Shown here: positions 49,570-63,750 of the stretch, piece by piece
Numbering within the stretch: the stretch's first letter is position 1
Layout of the letters: each line of letters begins with the position of its first letter
Assembly (NCBI GenBank): GCA_951406725.2
Contig: OX597815.1
Coordinates: 182,218,001 to 182,282,000, forward strand
DNA: 64,000 nt
Direction of reading: 5' to 3'
Source: Octopus vulgaris
Lineage: Eukaryota
Notes under the pieces: generated by a model
Seen by the model: only the letters and a program-made list of their open reading frames with translations
Database searches by the model: none
What the model was told of the DNA's origin: nothing
Translations under genes and position numbers: made by a program

Positions 49570-50920
49570 AGTACACGTCTAAACACAAGCACATACACAC
49601 ACAAACCCAAACTCACACACACATTCGCACATGCACACGCACACATACACACACATATAACTTGGATACAAATGTCAATAAAAATATAAAAATTGTTACA
49701 GAGAATGCTGACAAACAGAAAAAAATGGGACAAATATGTGAAAATTATTATCTGCTGAAAGAGAAGTGAATTTTGTAGGATTCTTTGCAGTAAGGAGAAT
49801 TTCGAAAAGGAAATGAAATATGCAATTAAAATGGTGGAAGTCGGATTTATTAATGGATTTGCTTAACAGCTTAAATTTTAAATAAACCTAATTACATTTA
49901 CATTGAAGGGTGTGGTGAGCATTCAATATGCCAGAAAGTGCATTGGGGTGTGACAGATTGCGTTTTGGTATTAATATAGCTTCTGTCGTTAGTTATTTTT
50001 TATATACCCGATAGCTATTCGCGACTTCATTACCTGAATAGTGACTGAAATTCCATAGATTTGACTGGTGTGAGTCTACCGGACGCCTGCCATTGAAAAG
50101 TCGGGTCACGTGGAAATAACGTGATCTTGCAGTTCTGGTGCCTGTAGCGAATGATATATTTCTTTACTACCCACAAAGGGCTAAACGCAGAGGGAACGAA
50201 CAAGGACAGACAAACGGATTAAGTCGATTACATCGACCCCAGTGCGTAACTGGTACTTAATTTATCGACCCTGAAAGGATGAAAGGCAAAATCGACCTCG
50301 GCTGAATTTGAACCCAGAACGTAACGGCAGACGAAATACGGCTACGCATTTCGCCCGGCGTGCTGACGATTCTGCCAGCTCACCGCCCTCCTGTTGCGGA
50401 TGATATACACACACGATCTACATCTCGTAGCAGACGTGCACTACATTTACTAAACGTATTATTACACATCCAAACACAAGCACATACACACATACGAACT
50501 CAAGCAAACACAAACTCACACTCACATGCACACATGCACACGCGTGCGCACACACACATAACTTGCATACAAATATCATTAAAAATATAAATAGTGTTAC
50601 AGAGAATGCTGACGAATATTAAAAAATGGGACAAATATGTGAAAATTATTATATGCTGAAAGAGAAGTGAATTTTGTAGGATTCTTTGCAGTAAGGAGAA
50701 TTTCGAATAAGGAAATGAAATATGCAATTAAAATGGTGGAAGTCGGATTTATTAATGGATTTGCTTAACTGCTTAAATTTTAAATAAATTTAATTACATT
50801 TACATTGAAGAGTGTGGTGAGCATTCAATATGCCAGAAAGTGTATTGGGGTGTGACAAATTGGATTTTGATATTAATACAGCTTCTGTCGTTAGTTATGT
50901 TTTGATATACCGGATAGCTA
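49570..50920. repeat. Local direct duplication of ~450 bp (49570-50017 and 50462-50920)
   Basis: Long shared blocks such as GCTGAAAGAGAAGTGAATTTTGTAGGATTCTTTGCAGTAAGGAGAATTTCG. Confidence 0.92.
50159..50389 (-). mobile_element. Full-length SINE family A monomer with 18-bp TSD
   Basis: CCTGTAGCGAATGATATA (50141-50158) / CCTGTTGCGGATGATATA (50390-50407). Confidence 0.92.
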
Positions 50921-53900
50921 GGTTTACTAAACGCCACTCACTGCTGTTTATAATGTACCTTGTTGGCGGTATGTATTAAAATGTGTGTTGTGAGTATGTG
51001 TAGGTTTGTACAATTATTGACTTATAAACACCTCAGCTATTGTTTACTTTCTAGCAAACCAGATCGGCAAATATATGGAACAATTAATAGGATAGAATAA
51101 TCTTCTGAATCAGCTGTGCTACATACTTCACGCAGCAGAGATGTATGTATCAAAATAAATAAAAAAAATTGTGTAAAATGAACTGCAGAAATCAAGAATA
51201 AAAATTGAATATGCTATAATTGACAATAGTAGCAGTAGATTGTTTTTCTTAAGAAGTACCTTCTAAATCAATATGTCCGTTGAACTATGCAGAAAGAAAA
51301 AATATTCCGTTGATGAAACATTACAACAATTATCGAATTTTCTCGTCGTGCAGTTCAGTTTATATGTAGTAGTGGTTCGAATGACTAACACTTTTACTGC
51401 CAAGATCTGTCGTGTGTAAAATAAAGTGTAATAGACATCTGAATCATGACTCAATCGAAACTGTTAACAACTTGGAGAACTGAATCAGCTACAAATACTT
51501 ACTGTTAGGAACGTGTCCAAAAATTAAATGCTGGCCGTAGAAACAGAGAAACGCAAAACCTCGTTTCGATGATATTAAGGCGTTAGGAAACGTTCTAATC
51601 AATTGTAAACGTTATAAAAATGTTTGTCATTATAATTATCTTTACTCATGGCAATAACCATTTTACATCACATTGTCGTTTACACTTTCACAGGTTTTAT
51701 TCAGTCAGCTACGGCATTGCTGGGACATTGCCACGAAACACTCATTTTATATCGCGTAGAAACAGAAGTGAAAATAGAATTTACATACAGAACTTACTTT
51801 TAGTCGAATATTCATTCTTTCGAGTTTTGTTTTCTTAGTTAATAAGATTCTTTGTTAGCATCATGAAATGTTCCAGCATCTTTTTAAAATTCGTGTGCCA
51901 ATTACGGTATTTTAAATTGATTGCCACTTAACGATATTGCTATGGCCAATGTATACTTCAAATTACAAGTTAAACTCTTAATTATAATTTTATTTAATGA
52001 CAAAACACCAAATAGTTTTTTTTTTAAATACACGCCTCTTTTAAATCTACTTTGGTAATTAACAATAAAAAGTAATTCAATTTTAAGAAGTAACAGAGTA
52101 TCCAGCGTGCCACTTCTAGAAATATACAATATATCTCTTCTTAATTTAGTTTTAATCAAAAATGGTACCTTCACTTTAGTGTAGTTATAAGCACACTCGC
52201 TGGATTTATATAATCTTGTCTTCTGTTATATCATGGATTTGTAAACTCTTGCGTCTTTGGTTAACAAAACTACAAGTTCATCTCTGGTTCGCCGGATTGA
52301 AGACTGTAAGAGTTACAAGAATGTATCTGTACAACTACGACTGAGTGGATGTTCCAATTTACTTTTGTTCAAGGACATTTATTTAACATGCTTTTTCGGT
52401 ATTATGTATACTTTAAACCAAGCACATACACTTTTAGAGTTAAACATATCAAAATATGGGAGAGATCTGTTTAAACACGGAATGTCTTTAGTTTAAATAA
52501 TAAAATATACATTTTTATATACTATCAAACACACATTTTTGGCAAATATTTGCAGATTATTTGTGAACATTGATTCACTACACCGTGCAAAGAATTGCTA
52601 ACTTCACCAGTTTTCAGTTTTGTTCTCATAATCAATTACAAAAGAAATAGAACAACGTTAAAATTCTCAGTTTAACCACTGACAGTCATTGTTCTGCTTT
52701 TCCTTGCAACAGTTCTAGAGATTTCAAAATAACGAAATGTGTTTTCTAAAAAAAAAAAAGAGAAAATTACGAATGCATTATTTTTTCGACGAAAATAATA
52801 TTGTATTTAATTTTTAATGAATTTCATATATCTCCAGTACTTTATTAAGTTTATTTATGTAGTTTCCAACCGGAAATTTTTATTATTAAAATATTTTCCC
52901 CAGGTGACTTCACTAAAAAAAAAAAAAAAAAAAAAAAAAAAACACATCCTTTTGAGAATACTAAAATATTTTATCGGAAACGTTATGTGAAAATAATTTC
53001 TGAATCAATGAATTTCAATAAATACTTTTAAATTGAAAAGGAAATTGGAGATATTTTCTGAAAAAGTCAACGTCCAGAACAAGTTTTGTTGCTTTCAGTT
53101 TATTTTATAATTTAACTATGTAGATATTGCAAAATCTGCGTAGTTAAAATGGAAGACCGGAATCGTAAATCCATTTAGTACGATTGGAATGAAGTTTCCA
53201 TATAAAAGAGAAACTTCACTTTTCTTACGTTGATTTAAAATCTACCCAACATATGCATATTATTCGTTGAAAAAGTTGTGTTCATTTCGGAAGCATCGTA
53301 GCTATGATTTCTTTTAGCTTCTGTCTTTTAAACAATTCTTCAGGCATATTCTATTAATTTTAAACTCGAACACACGCGCGCCCAGAAACACATACATACG
53401 TATATATAATATATAATATGATATACTCTTATATATACACATATATTGTATACACACACACACACATATATATATATTTATATATATTTATTTATATGAA
53501 ACGTCATAATTTTGTAATATAGGAATTTAACAGGGACAGTTACAGGATCTCGCAATTTCAGTTATGTCTTTGGGCTAAGCGATATATTGACATAAGCTTC
53601 AGAACACATTTATTGCGAATCACTCACCACCACGTATGCTACTCCAAATCAACTGATGTTGAGTGGTAAAAAAAAAACTGCGTTTCTGCCTGGTTTAAAT
53701 ATCGAATGATACACAACGTGATGGAAATTTGAGACTGGAAACCTGCATACTTTTATTAGCAGAATTGAAAGAAATATATATTCTGATAAAAAAAAAAACA
53801 CTTTAGATTTTCTATATTGTGGCACAAATTTATGCGTTTGATTTGCAACCAAGTTTACAGAGCTTGGTAATTTTACAATTTTATATGCTGAATATATATT

Positions 53901-54868
53901 AGGATCAGAGACATACGAGTTCTTATATAAAACGTATTGATTAAAAAATACCAAGATTAAATAGTTTTAGTGAATAATATTATACCAAATGGTACGTTTT
54001 CCGAATAAATAATAACACATTTGTTTACGCAACATTTATAAATATCTGTAAAATGCCACCTTGTTTGTAGTCAAGTAATAATACTTTTTATAATAAAGTA
54101 GTTTGATCTTCTTTCTTGAAATATCATTAACATTACTAACACCGTTATATTATAATAGTTTTCTTTCAATGTTTCTTGTTCCTAATTCAGACGATGGGAT
54201 CCTTTTCACTCTTTCTGTATTATTCTAGAAACTTCGTACACAAATAACACTTAAGTCCTGGAATAGAAAAAACGTATGATTTGAGTGATATATCTCTAGC
54301 AAGGCAAACAATCTGTTCTTCATATACACTGAAAGTAACTTTTATATTCTTTGCCCATAAAAAAGCCAATAACAGTAATCCTAAGTCCGAATGTTTACGC
54401 CTAATTTAAACTCTAAATATTTTACTTTAACTATATCGTTTATATCGAAACAAATAGTCGTAAAAGCGGGGAAAGGTGCGGAAGAAAAGTAGAAGCGTTT
54501 GTGCAGCAATTACACCGGGTGTTTAAAAATTCGACGAAATTTATTTACCATGACGGAAAAGGACGCAAATTTACTAGAAACCCAGTTCGAGATTTTTATT
54601 TCACAAAAGTTCACCCGACGAATTAAGTACGATGACTAAGCAACAAGTTTAATGAGAGAATGAAATACGAAGAATTTTTAGATGAACAATTTATAATGAA
54701 AATGAAGGCAATAAAATGCAATAGAAATTAATGCCGTAAGTCCTTGTTATGTATGCAAGTATGAATAATGTGCATAGCCTGTGTACATATACACATAGGC
54801 ATGTGAAAATGTACGTATACATACATCTTTGTGCATATACATACACAGACACATGCAAACACACACAC

Positions 54869-54931
<63 letters not shown>

Positions 54932-54950
54932 TATATACATATACATATAG

Positions 54951-54988
<38 letters not shown>

Positions 54989-55746
54989 TATGTATATATA
55001 TATATATATAGATAGATATATATATTGATGGATGTATATCACAAAAATAACACGGTTAAGATTATGAAGCAAAAAAGAAAAACAAATTAATAATAGACGG
55101 GGAGTCAGAGAAGTGAAAGCAGGCGCCTACAAAAGCGTGAAGATATAAAGTGAAAGTAGAACAAAGAGGTTTACAATGAAGATAAATATGCGAAAGGGAG
55201 AACAGGATTGGATCTGAAGGTTCGAATGATGCTCTTTATCAATGAGAAGAAAAAGGATTAAAATTATAAGAGAATAAGGGAATAAGAGAAAAGATGAACG
55301 CTACCGAATATAAGACATCTCTTTACATTGCAGGTCACAAACATCAGTTTCCAAGCTAACACGAATATGCAAATTAAGATATTTCAGCAGCACTGAAAAG
55401 CGTTTTGCATATGGTAATGAGCTGTTTTTTTATGTTAGAAAAACAAAAACGATGCTATGAATTAGATGAACTCTGACGTGAAGTAGTACAGTGCATGTGA
55501 CATTCGAACATATGACACGAATAGACCAAGTGTATATTTGGTATAGGCACGTGTATACCAGGTTCGCTTCCGCAGCCAGACATATCGAAGGGTTTAAATA
55601 TACGTGTAAATATAGATTTACAAATGAAGTTAAGCGAATTTACATTAATTACAACAGCTTTCACATACATTTTTCAATTCACAAACACACACACACATAT
55701 ACGTACCTACATCCATACATATAAAATTACACGTACGTAAAGACAT

Positions 55747-55777
<31 letters not shown>

Positions 55778-55915
55778 CACGCACACACAACACCTGAGAT
55801 AGGTAAGGGGAACATTGTACAATTGTGCACAAGTATATATAAATATAAATCTGTGTGCATATATATATATATCCACACATACAAACACGCACGCACACGC
55901 TCAAACATACGTACA

Positions 55916-55951
<36 letters not shown>

Positions 55952-56480
55952 TATATATACATACATATGTACATACATATATATGTACATGTACGTGTGT
56001 GTATATATTTATGTATACATATGAATATATATACATATATACATACATATATAAATATATTAGAATTTGTGTGTATAAGAAATTTGATTTTATTCTGTTA
56101 TAGCCTCGCCTCTTCTATTGACAATTTTCTTCTATTGTTACATAATTACCCATTTTATATAAACATTATATTTCCGAAAGCGAACTCACAAACACAATGA
56201 ATCGAGTAAATTGATTTTGTCACTCCGACAACCTCAACGACAGCAGAAACATATCCAATATGTGGCACTTTCAGGATTCTATTTGTAAAACTGTCTATGT
56301 TGCGTCTGAAATATTTTCTCCCCTTATAAATCTGCTAATTCTAGCAAATACTGTTTCCGAATAAAAAAAAAAATATGGAATTGAATGCTATATAATTTAT
56401 ATCATCCGATAAACTTTAAAAAGGCTTCCACATATAGATATATGCATGTGTGTGTGTGTGCATGTATGTGTATATATATA

Positions 56481-56690
56481 CTCTTTACTCTCTCTTTTAC
56501 TCTTTTACTTGTTTCAGTCATTTGACTGCGGCCATGCTGGAGCACCGCCTTTAGTCGAGCAAATCAACCCCGGGACTTATTCTTTGTAAGCCCAGTACTT
56601 ATTCTATCGGTCTCTTTTGCCGAACCGCTAAGTGACGGGGACGTAAACACACCAGCATCGGTTGTCAAGCAATGCTAGGGGGACAAACAC

Positions 56691-56730
<40 letters not shown>

Positions 56731-56901
56731 ATATATACGACAGTCTTCTTTCAGTTTCCGTCTACCAAATCCATTCACAAGGCATTGGTCGGCCCGGGGC
56801 TATAGTAGAAGACACTTGCCCAAGATGCCACGCAGTGGGACTGAACCCGGAACCATGTGGTTGGTTGGTAAGCTACTTACCACACAGCCACTCCTGCGCC
56901 T
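56481..56901 (-). mobile_element. Full-length SINE family B
   Basis: A-box TGGCTGTGTGG, B-box GGTTCAGTCCC, CORE-like CTTGGGCAAGTGTCTT, internal (TA)/(TG) tract, tail GCAGTCAAATGACTGAAACAAG(TAAAAGAG)n. Confidence 0.88.
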
Positions 56902-57297
56902 ATATATGTTTGTATATTAGTGTACATGCTAGAAACAAGAGTTAAAACCCTCAAATAAGCAATCAAACTCACTGAAAAATCATAACAGACCTGCAGAAAT
57001 CGAGGGCAAACGAGCAAAGAAAAATTTACAAATAGTTGCGGCATTCCATAGCAAAATCTTGGCATCTGAAGCATCTGCAGATACGATAGCTTCACGAAAA
57101 GATCCGGCTATTGCAAGCAAAAATAAATAATACATATAACGCATTTAGCAAAATTTGGACATACGACAGTTTAACATGATAGCAACGATATAATTTGTTT
57201 ACGGAAAACGTTTTGAATATGCAAATAAAGATCCTGTTCCATTATGCCGGCCACAGTCTAATGATGCTGACTGGTTAACCAGTTTTTTGGGTTGCAC

Positions 57298-57333
<36 letters not shown>

Positions 57334-57375
57334 AAATATATACATATACATATATATGCGTGTGTGTGTATGTAT

Positions 57376-57443
<68 letters not shown>

Positions 57444-57446
57444 GTA

Positions 57447-57870
57447 TACGAGGCCAAGTGAAAAAGTCTCGGACCGGAACTGTAAAGAGAAAATTACAGC
57501 ACGTCGATTCGGCATTTAATCTTCTTCGAAATAGTCCCCCACTGAAGTCACACACTTTACCCTGCATCGTTGTGATGGAAGCATTACTGGAACTCCTTTT
57601 GCGGGATAGCGAGCAGTTTCCTTTTTGGCATTCTCTTGGGTTTCTTCTATGCCTTGAAATCTTGTTGTCTTGTGGGTTTCCCTTGAAGCCTTGATTTCGG
57701 GGTTATGTCTGTAAACACACGATTCATCATCTGTTATGACCGTTTCCAAAAATTTTCTTTATCGACGCAATCCAAATCCTGCGCAATTGAACTCTGATTA
57801 GATCCTGCACAACTGAATAGAAACCCACGAATGTTCCATCCTGGTTTTCCTATCCGTCCTTGTATCGTCC
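57447..57870 (-). mobile_element. Internally deleted mariner relic
   Basis: TIR-like TACGAGGCCAAGTGAAAAAGT; peptides VITDDESCVYRHNPEIK and KCVTSVGDYFEED*. Confidence 0.7.
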
Positions 57871-58728
57871 ATCTGTATATTTTTATTGTTGTCCATTACG
57901 TTCTTCCTTTCTTCGATATATATGTATAATGGCTACTTATATATTTTACGCATATATATATATCTCCACACGTATATAAGTAGACATTTTGTATTACAAT
58001 ACAGTGAGACTTTTACGCAATACATAATTAGAAATGCAATAATTTTTGACACCAGCAAGAGGCTTTAAATTTTCTCTAAGGTGAATTTTGATTTGATCGA
58101 ACGAAAAGATATGAAAGTCTTCAAGAAAGTGTTTACTAGAAAATATTCCATTATATTCCGAGCAACACCGTTACAAAGCAAAATGGGTGCTATTTATGTA
58201 GTGCCAGTGCAAACAAAATTTAAAAGAAATGCTATTCACTTTGAGTCTACCTGCAACCGTGTCGGGAAATTTTTACAAAAATAAAAGAAAATGCTAAAAG
58301 CAGATTCCGGAAATTTGCTATTGCAAAATATTTCTATGCTTTCAATTTTTTCCTTTATTTCGCTATTCTGGAGGAATGGTGCAGACAGTAAAAAAGAAAA
58401 AAAGACAGCAGAAAATTACATCTTTTTCATTCTTTGTTTTTCATCAATGAATACTATGGCACCGCCTAAAAGGGACACTGAACGCCTTGAAGTACTTTGC
58501 CGAAGAAATTGATCCTATTGTTTCCTTTTTTCATCTTTGAAACCTGGTATTTATTCCATCAATCTCTTTTGCTGACCTGCTGAGTTAAGGAGACATAAAC
58601 AAACCAACACACAGTTGTCAAGCTGTGGTGAAGGACAAACACATGCATAATAACATACACATGTATATATGTTTTATGTTTTACTTGTCTCGGTCATTAG
58701 ATTGCGACCACATGCTGGGGCACCGCCT

Positions 58729-58776
<48 letters not shown>

Positions 58777-58779
<3 letters not shown>

Positions 58780-58975
58780 GGAAAGTTTACGAAAATAAAC
58801 AAAAGACGAAGGCAGGTGGAGTACAAACAAACAAATGTATTAGTATAGCGCTCAGGAATAGAAATAGAAAAAGTCTTTTACGTTTCGAGCCTACGTTCTT
58901 CGACAGAAAGATACACAGAAAAAAATAAGGAGTCAAAATACAAGGAGAGAAAAAAATGCGTGTCGGAGCTAACGA
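58777..58975 (-). mobile_element. Family H2 element with hammerhead motif (~58874-58911)
   Basis: Minus TCTTT-CTGTCGA-A-GAAC-GTAG-GCTC-GAAAC-GTA-AAAGA; adjacent to (TA)n. Confidence 0.65.
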
Positions 58976-58984
58976 TACATACAT

Positions 58985-60215
58985 AAAGGGTGCGTAAGAT
59001 ATTTGAGGACAGATTTATGTTTATAAAAAAACTAGATATATAATAACAGATAATAACTTTATATATCAAAAAATGCTATGAGGATAAAAATAAATGTTAT
59101 TCAAAAAAGCCACCTTCAGCTTCAACAACTGCTTCCATATGAGATCTAATTCATCTACATTCTCGAATCAAGTGGTCCTGGTTAATTTTGGATATTACTC
59201 TGACTATGCCAACTTTCAAAGAAATTTTGGTATTATGGGCGTGTTCATTGACCTCTCTCTCAACAACGCTCCACATGTAATAGTCCAATGGATTGGGATC
59301 TGAGGAATTAGGAGGCCATATGTGAAGGCGTATGTGATCATGAAAATCTTCAGCCATCCGTTCCTGTGTTACTAGAGCCATGTGTGATAGTGCAGAGTCT
59401 TACTGAAACACATATGGCCTTCCAATGCATACACTGTCTATCCAGGGCTTAATACCTATTTCCAGGATCACAATGTAGCCAACAGACGTATCTCTAAGGC
59501 CTTGTGGAAAGAAGTAAAGAGGCGTCATATGTCCATTGTTGACAACCGCTAAAACCATGACAGTTGCAGGAAATTTTGTATGAATAACACTTGGAACTTC
59601 AGAAGTGTCTGTACATAACCATCTGTCATTTCGTCTGTTAACCTTTTCATCTTGGTCGAAGTTTTTTCTCGTTTACGAAAAAACAAATCAAATATTTTTC
59701 TGTTGGATTTTTCAGTTTGTTTAAGAACCTTTTATATGTGATTTAGTGATTTTCCTTTTGCTTTTCTGACAAATTGACCTTTCCTCATCATATAAGACTT
59801 ATATCTGATAACTTCGTGGACAACATTTCTGACTTTTCCCCAGAGATCTTTTGCAATTGATTTCATGGTCTTTCTGGAATTGTAATCAATGGTCTGTTAA
59901 ACTTGCTTGATAAATTCAAGTGTTCTGATAATTTCAGAGCGTTTGGAATGCTATTTTTGCTTTGATACTGGTAATACGTTTCCATCTTCATTCTCTAACT
60001 CCTTAGAAACTTTATAGATGAAAGATTTGGCAACTTTTAAAAGTCGAGATATTTGTAAATCGCTATGCTCAGCCTTTATAACCACAATAACAGCGTGCCT
60101 CTTCATTTCTTGAGTAAGCTGAAGGTCTGCCATTATTATTTTCAGAAACAAAAATTATACAAAGTTAGCAGCAAATGCAGCAATAACCCCAAAAATTATG
60201 TCCTCAAATACCTAC
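58985..60215 (-). mobile_element. Near full-length degenerate DD37D (maT) transposon
   Basis: MADLQLTQEMKRHAVI...IWPPNSSDPNPLDYYMWSVVE; inverted ends GTAAGATATTTGAGGACAGATTT / AAATTATGTCCTCAAATACCTAC. Confidence 0.85.
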
Positions 60216-61805
60216 ATTCATATACATATACATATACATACACATACATACATACATACATACATACATACATACATACATACATACATACATGCATGCA
60301 TGCATGCATACATACATACATACATACATACATACATACATACATACATACATACATACATACATACATACATACATACAGATACATTAATGAATGTTAT
60401 GTTAGATTAAACACGATTTTAAATTAAACCGAAGGATTACTCAATATTTTTACCGGAGTAAAAAATTATTATTCGTTGAAAGGAATAGTTTGAAAGTTTC
60501 CGCCAGAGAAGACATCATGTGACTGTGGTACATTAAGTACACAGTCTTTGTTATGTTAAAATATAACCAATTTAATCAACTAAATTCATTCCTCCATAAC
60601 ATCTCTCCATTACAACCTGTCACACAACCTAATTATCATTTAACAGAGCTCGGCTTGCGCAAAGAAGTTTTAACTTAACATAGAATAGATAAAGCCAAGA
60701 TAAACTTACATGCATTATAGTCCGATGAAGGGTTAGCTGGCCAAAACTTCGAAGTTACTGCCAGCACTATTCTAATTATTTTTTTTAATTGCCATCTACC
60801 AAATCCACTTAGAACGATTTAGTAGAAGGCACTTCTCCAGCGTGCAACGCAGTGGCATTGAACCAAGATAGATGTTGATGGCAAGCAAACTTTCTTCAAT
60901 ATAGTCACGCCCAAATTATTGAAAACTCACTCAGAGAAAATTAGTGCTTGTTTCATTAGATGCAGTTTGAATTTTTGAATGAATAATAGTAAAATGTAGC
61001 GAAAATATGGAAATTATTAAAAGAATACATTTAAAATCCAATTAATCGATTTTCAACTAATTGTTAGATAAAGCATCGATTCCTACTGATATGATCTTCA
61101 ATTATTATTGATTGAGACACGCTCTTAATGAAAACAAATTATGGAATGTTATGTATATTATATTGCATTTCTCATAGGAAAGATATATTGTCCTATGAGA
61201 AACTGAAATATCGAATTTAATACTAGATATGCTAAATTAAAATATAGCTATACATATTTACGTCGAAATGTATAATTATTCCTACGAAAACCAGTACTGG
61301 AGCATGTGTGTTCATATGGCAAACAAAAAAAAATACTCGTCGAAATAATCAGCACTTTTCTCTTTCACAGTTTACTACTTGTCGATAAAAATACTTTCAA
61401 CCGTAAGCCCTGATATGTACATAAAACAGTTTATATCAACGTATTTCATTACTGTCTTCTACCCATCTATTTCGTCTTTTGATTAGTGCAGTGTTCCAAC
61501 TTTTATTGTATTGAGCAGAATAAAAATGCTTGACGAGGTCTGTGCATATGTGTGTTTGTGTCTCTGCGTGTATGCGAATGTGTGTATGAGTGTGTGTGTC
61601 TGTGTGTGTGCGCGAGTGTGAACGTGTTTGAATGTGTGTGTGTGCGTGTCTGTGTACCCTTACTCCGTTAAGGGTACAAATGTCTGTGGCGTGCTCAGCC
61701 ACTTGCACGTTAATTTTACGAACAGTCTGTCTGTTGATCAGATGAACTGGAACACTCCTCGTCGTAACCGATGGAGTACCAGCTTGGGTGTCTATGCATA
61801 TATGC

Positions 61806-61836
<31 letters not shown>

Positions 61837-61852
61837 TGTATGTATGTATGTA

Positions 61853-62059
61853 TATTTCTTTATTGCCCACAAGGGGCTAAACATAGAGGGGACAAACAAG
61901 GACAGACAAAGGGATTGAGTCGATTATATCGACCCCAGTATGTAACTGGTACTTTATTTATCGACCCCGAAAGAAAGGCAAAATCGACCTCGGCGGAATT
62001 TGAACTCAGAACGTAACGGCAGACGAAATACCGCTAAGCATTTCGTCCGGCGTGCTAAC

Positions 62060-62062
<3 letters not shown>
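61853..62062 (-). mobile_element. SINE family A monomer between microsatellites
   Basis: Tail type 1, body and most of the head. Confidence 0.88.
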
Positions 62063-62113
<51 letters not shown>

Positions 62114-62902
62114 CGTATGTATGTATGCATGCTTGTATGTATGTTTGTAAGAATTTGTTGTTTAGCCGTAGACTTATCCTGATCGCATAAACCAATAATC
62201 AAAACATTCTAGAGGGCCCCTTTTGTTGTTAAATTGTATCCTTCAATATGATAGAATGTGTCCCTTATACGACAGAATGTGTCCTTCTCTCTGTGGGAGA
62301 TTCGGCTGCTAGTTTAAGAAATGCAGACAGCTACGTACTTGTCAGGTGTTGTCTTACTTAAGATTAATTCATTCGTTCTGTCAATATTTACTCTTTCACA
62401 TAAACTACGATTTATCCACACGCAATGAAGCGTTAATCAGGTTCAGCGTTAAATTACATATATAAATATACTGATTCGCTATAGCATTAAAAAGCTGTCA
62501 ATCACAGAGGAATAAACGTAAAAATCGTTGCTTCTATTTCTGTCGCTTTGGATTGACAGCTTCATCTATATGCAAAGTACTTTCGTCGATAAATTGAAAA
62601 ACATTTATGAGGCAATAAATACTAAATTGTAAATTATGTTTTCAGTCGTTCTAGTGACTGCTTTATTATTTGGATGATAATTCTTTGCTTTGCAATATAT
62701 TCTTCCAAAATGACGTTCTGTTAACCTGAATGATCAGTTCTTAAAGGACATAAAAAAATTATCATCACAATGTTTCTCTACTATTTTACTTTCACAATTG
62801 TAGGGCGCAATCTACACTCCCGAATTCTGCATATGCATATATATATATAAATGGCGGTGCCCCAGCATGGCCACAGCTCGTGAGCTGAAACTAGAATCAA
62901 TC

Positions 62903-62969
<67 letters not shown>

Positions 62970-62970
62970 C

Positions 62971-63032
<62 letters not shown>

Positions 63033-63347
63033 GAGGAGCATGGCTCAGTGGTTAGAGCGTCGAGCTTACGATCGTGAGGTTGTGAGTTCGAATCCCGGGC
63101 CGGGCTACGTGTTGTGTTCTTGAGCAAGACACTTTATTTCACATTGCACAAGTTCACTCAGCTGTAGAAATGAGTTGTGACGTCACAGGTGCCAAGCTGT
63201 ATTGGCCTTTGCCTTTCCGTTGGATAACACTGGTAGCATGGAGAGGGAAGGCTGGTCTCCCATATACAACCTTGCCCGGACTTGTGCCTTGAAGAGTAAC
63301 TTCCTAGATGCAATCCCATGGTCAGTCATGACAGAAAGAGGGGCCTC
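63033..63347 (+). mobile_element. tRNA-derived SINE (family D, CORE-like)
   Basis: A-box TGGCTCAGTGG, B-box GTTCGAATCCC, then GTTGTGTTCTTGAGCAAGACACTT. Confidence 0.82.
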
Positions 63348-63426
63348 AGTAGATAAATATATAAATATATACACTCACACACAACATTCGACGCTACAGA
63401 CTGAAAGACAAACCGAAGACAAATTC

Positions 63427-63750
63427 TGGCTGTGTGGTAAGAAGCTTGCTTACAAACCACATGGTTCTGGGTTCAATTCCACTGCAAGGCACCTTGGGCA
63501 AGTGCTGCCTACTCTAATCTCGGGCAGTCTAAAGCCTTGTCAGTTGATTTGATTGACTGAAACTGAAAGAAGCCCGTCGTATATATTTGTGTGTGCGTCT
63601 TTGTGTCTGTGCTTGCCCCTCCACCATGTTTGTGGTGTTTACGTCTCCGTAAACTAGTGGTTTGGCAGAAGAGCACGATATATAAATTACTAGGATTAGA
63701 AAGAATAAGTCTAGGGGTTGATTTCTTTGACTAAAAGGCGGTGCTACAAG
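63427..63750 (+). mobile_element. SINE family B
   Basis: TGGCTGTGTGGTAAGAAGCTTGC...GGTTCAATTCC...CCTTGGGCAAGTG; 3' part GTTTACGTCTCCGTAA. Confidence 0.82.

Noticed and set aside
55334-55413. Possible coding exon (TTGCAG|...|GTAATG) and other isolated splice-like sites at 47-55 kb
   Set aside because: No recognisable peptide and no consistent exon chain can be supported without transcript data.
63036-63110. tRNA gene candidate (also 19395-19467)
   Set aside because: A and B boxes are present, but there is no closed acceptor stem and the sequence continues into a SINE body.
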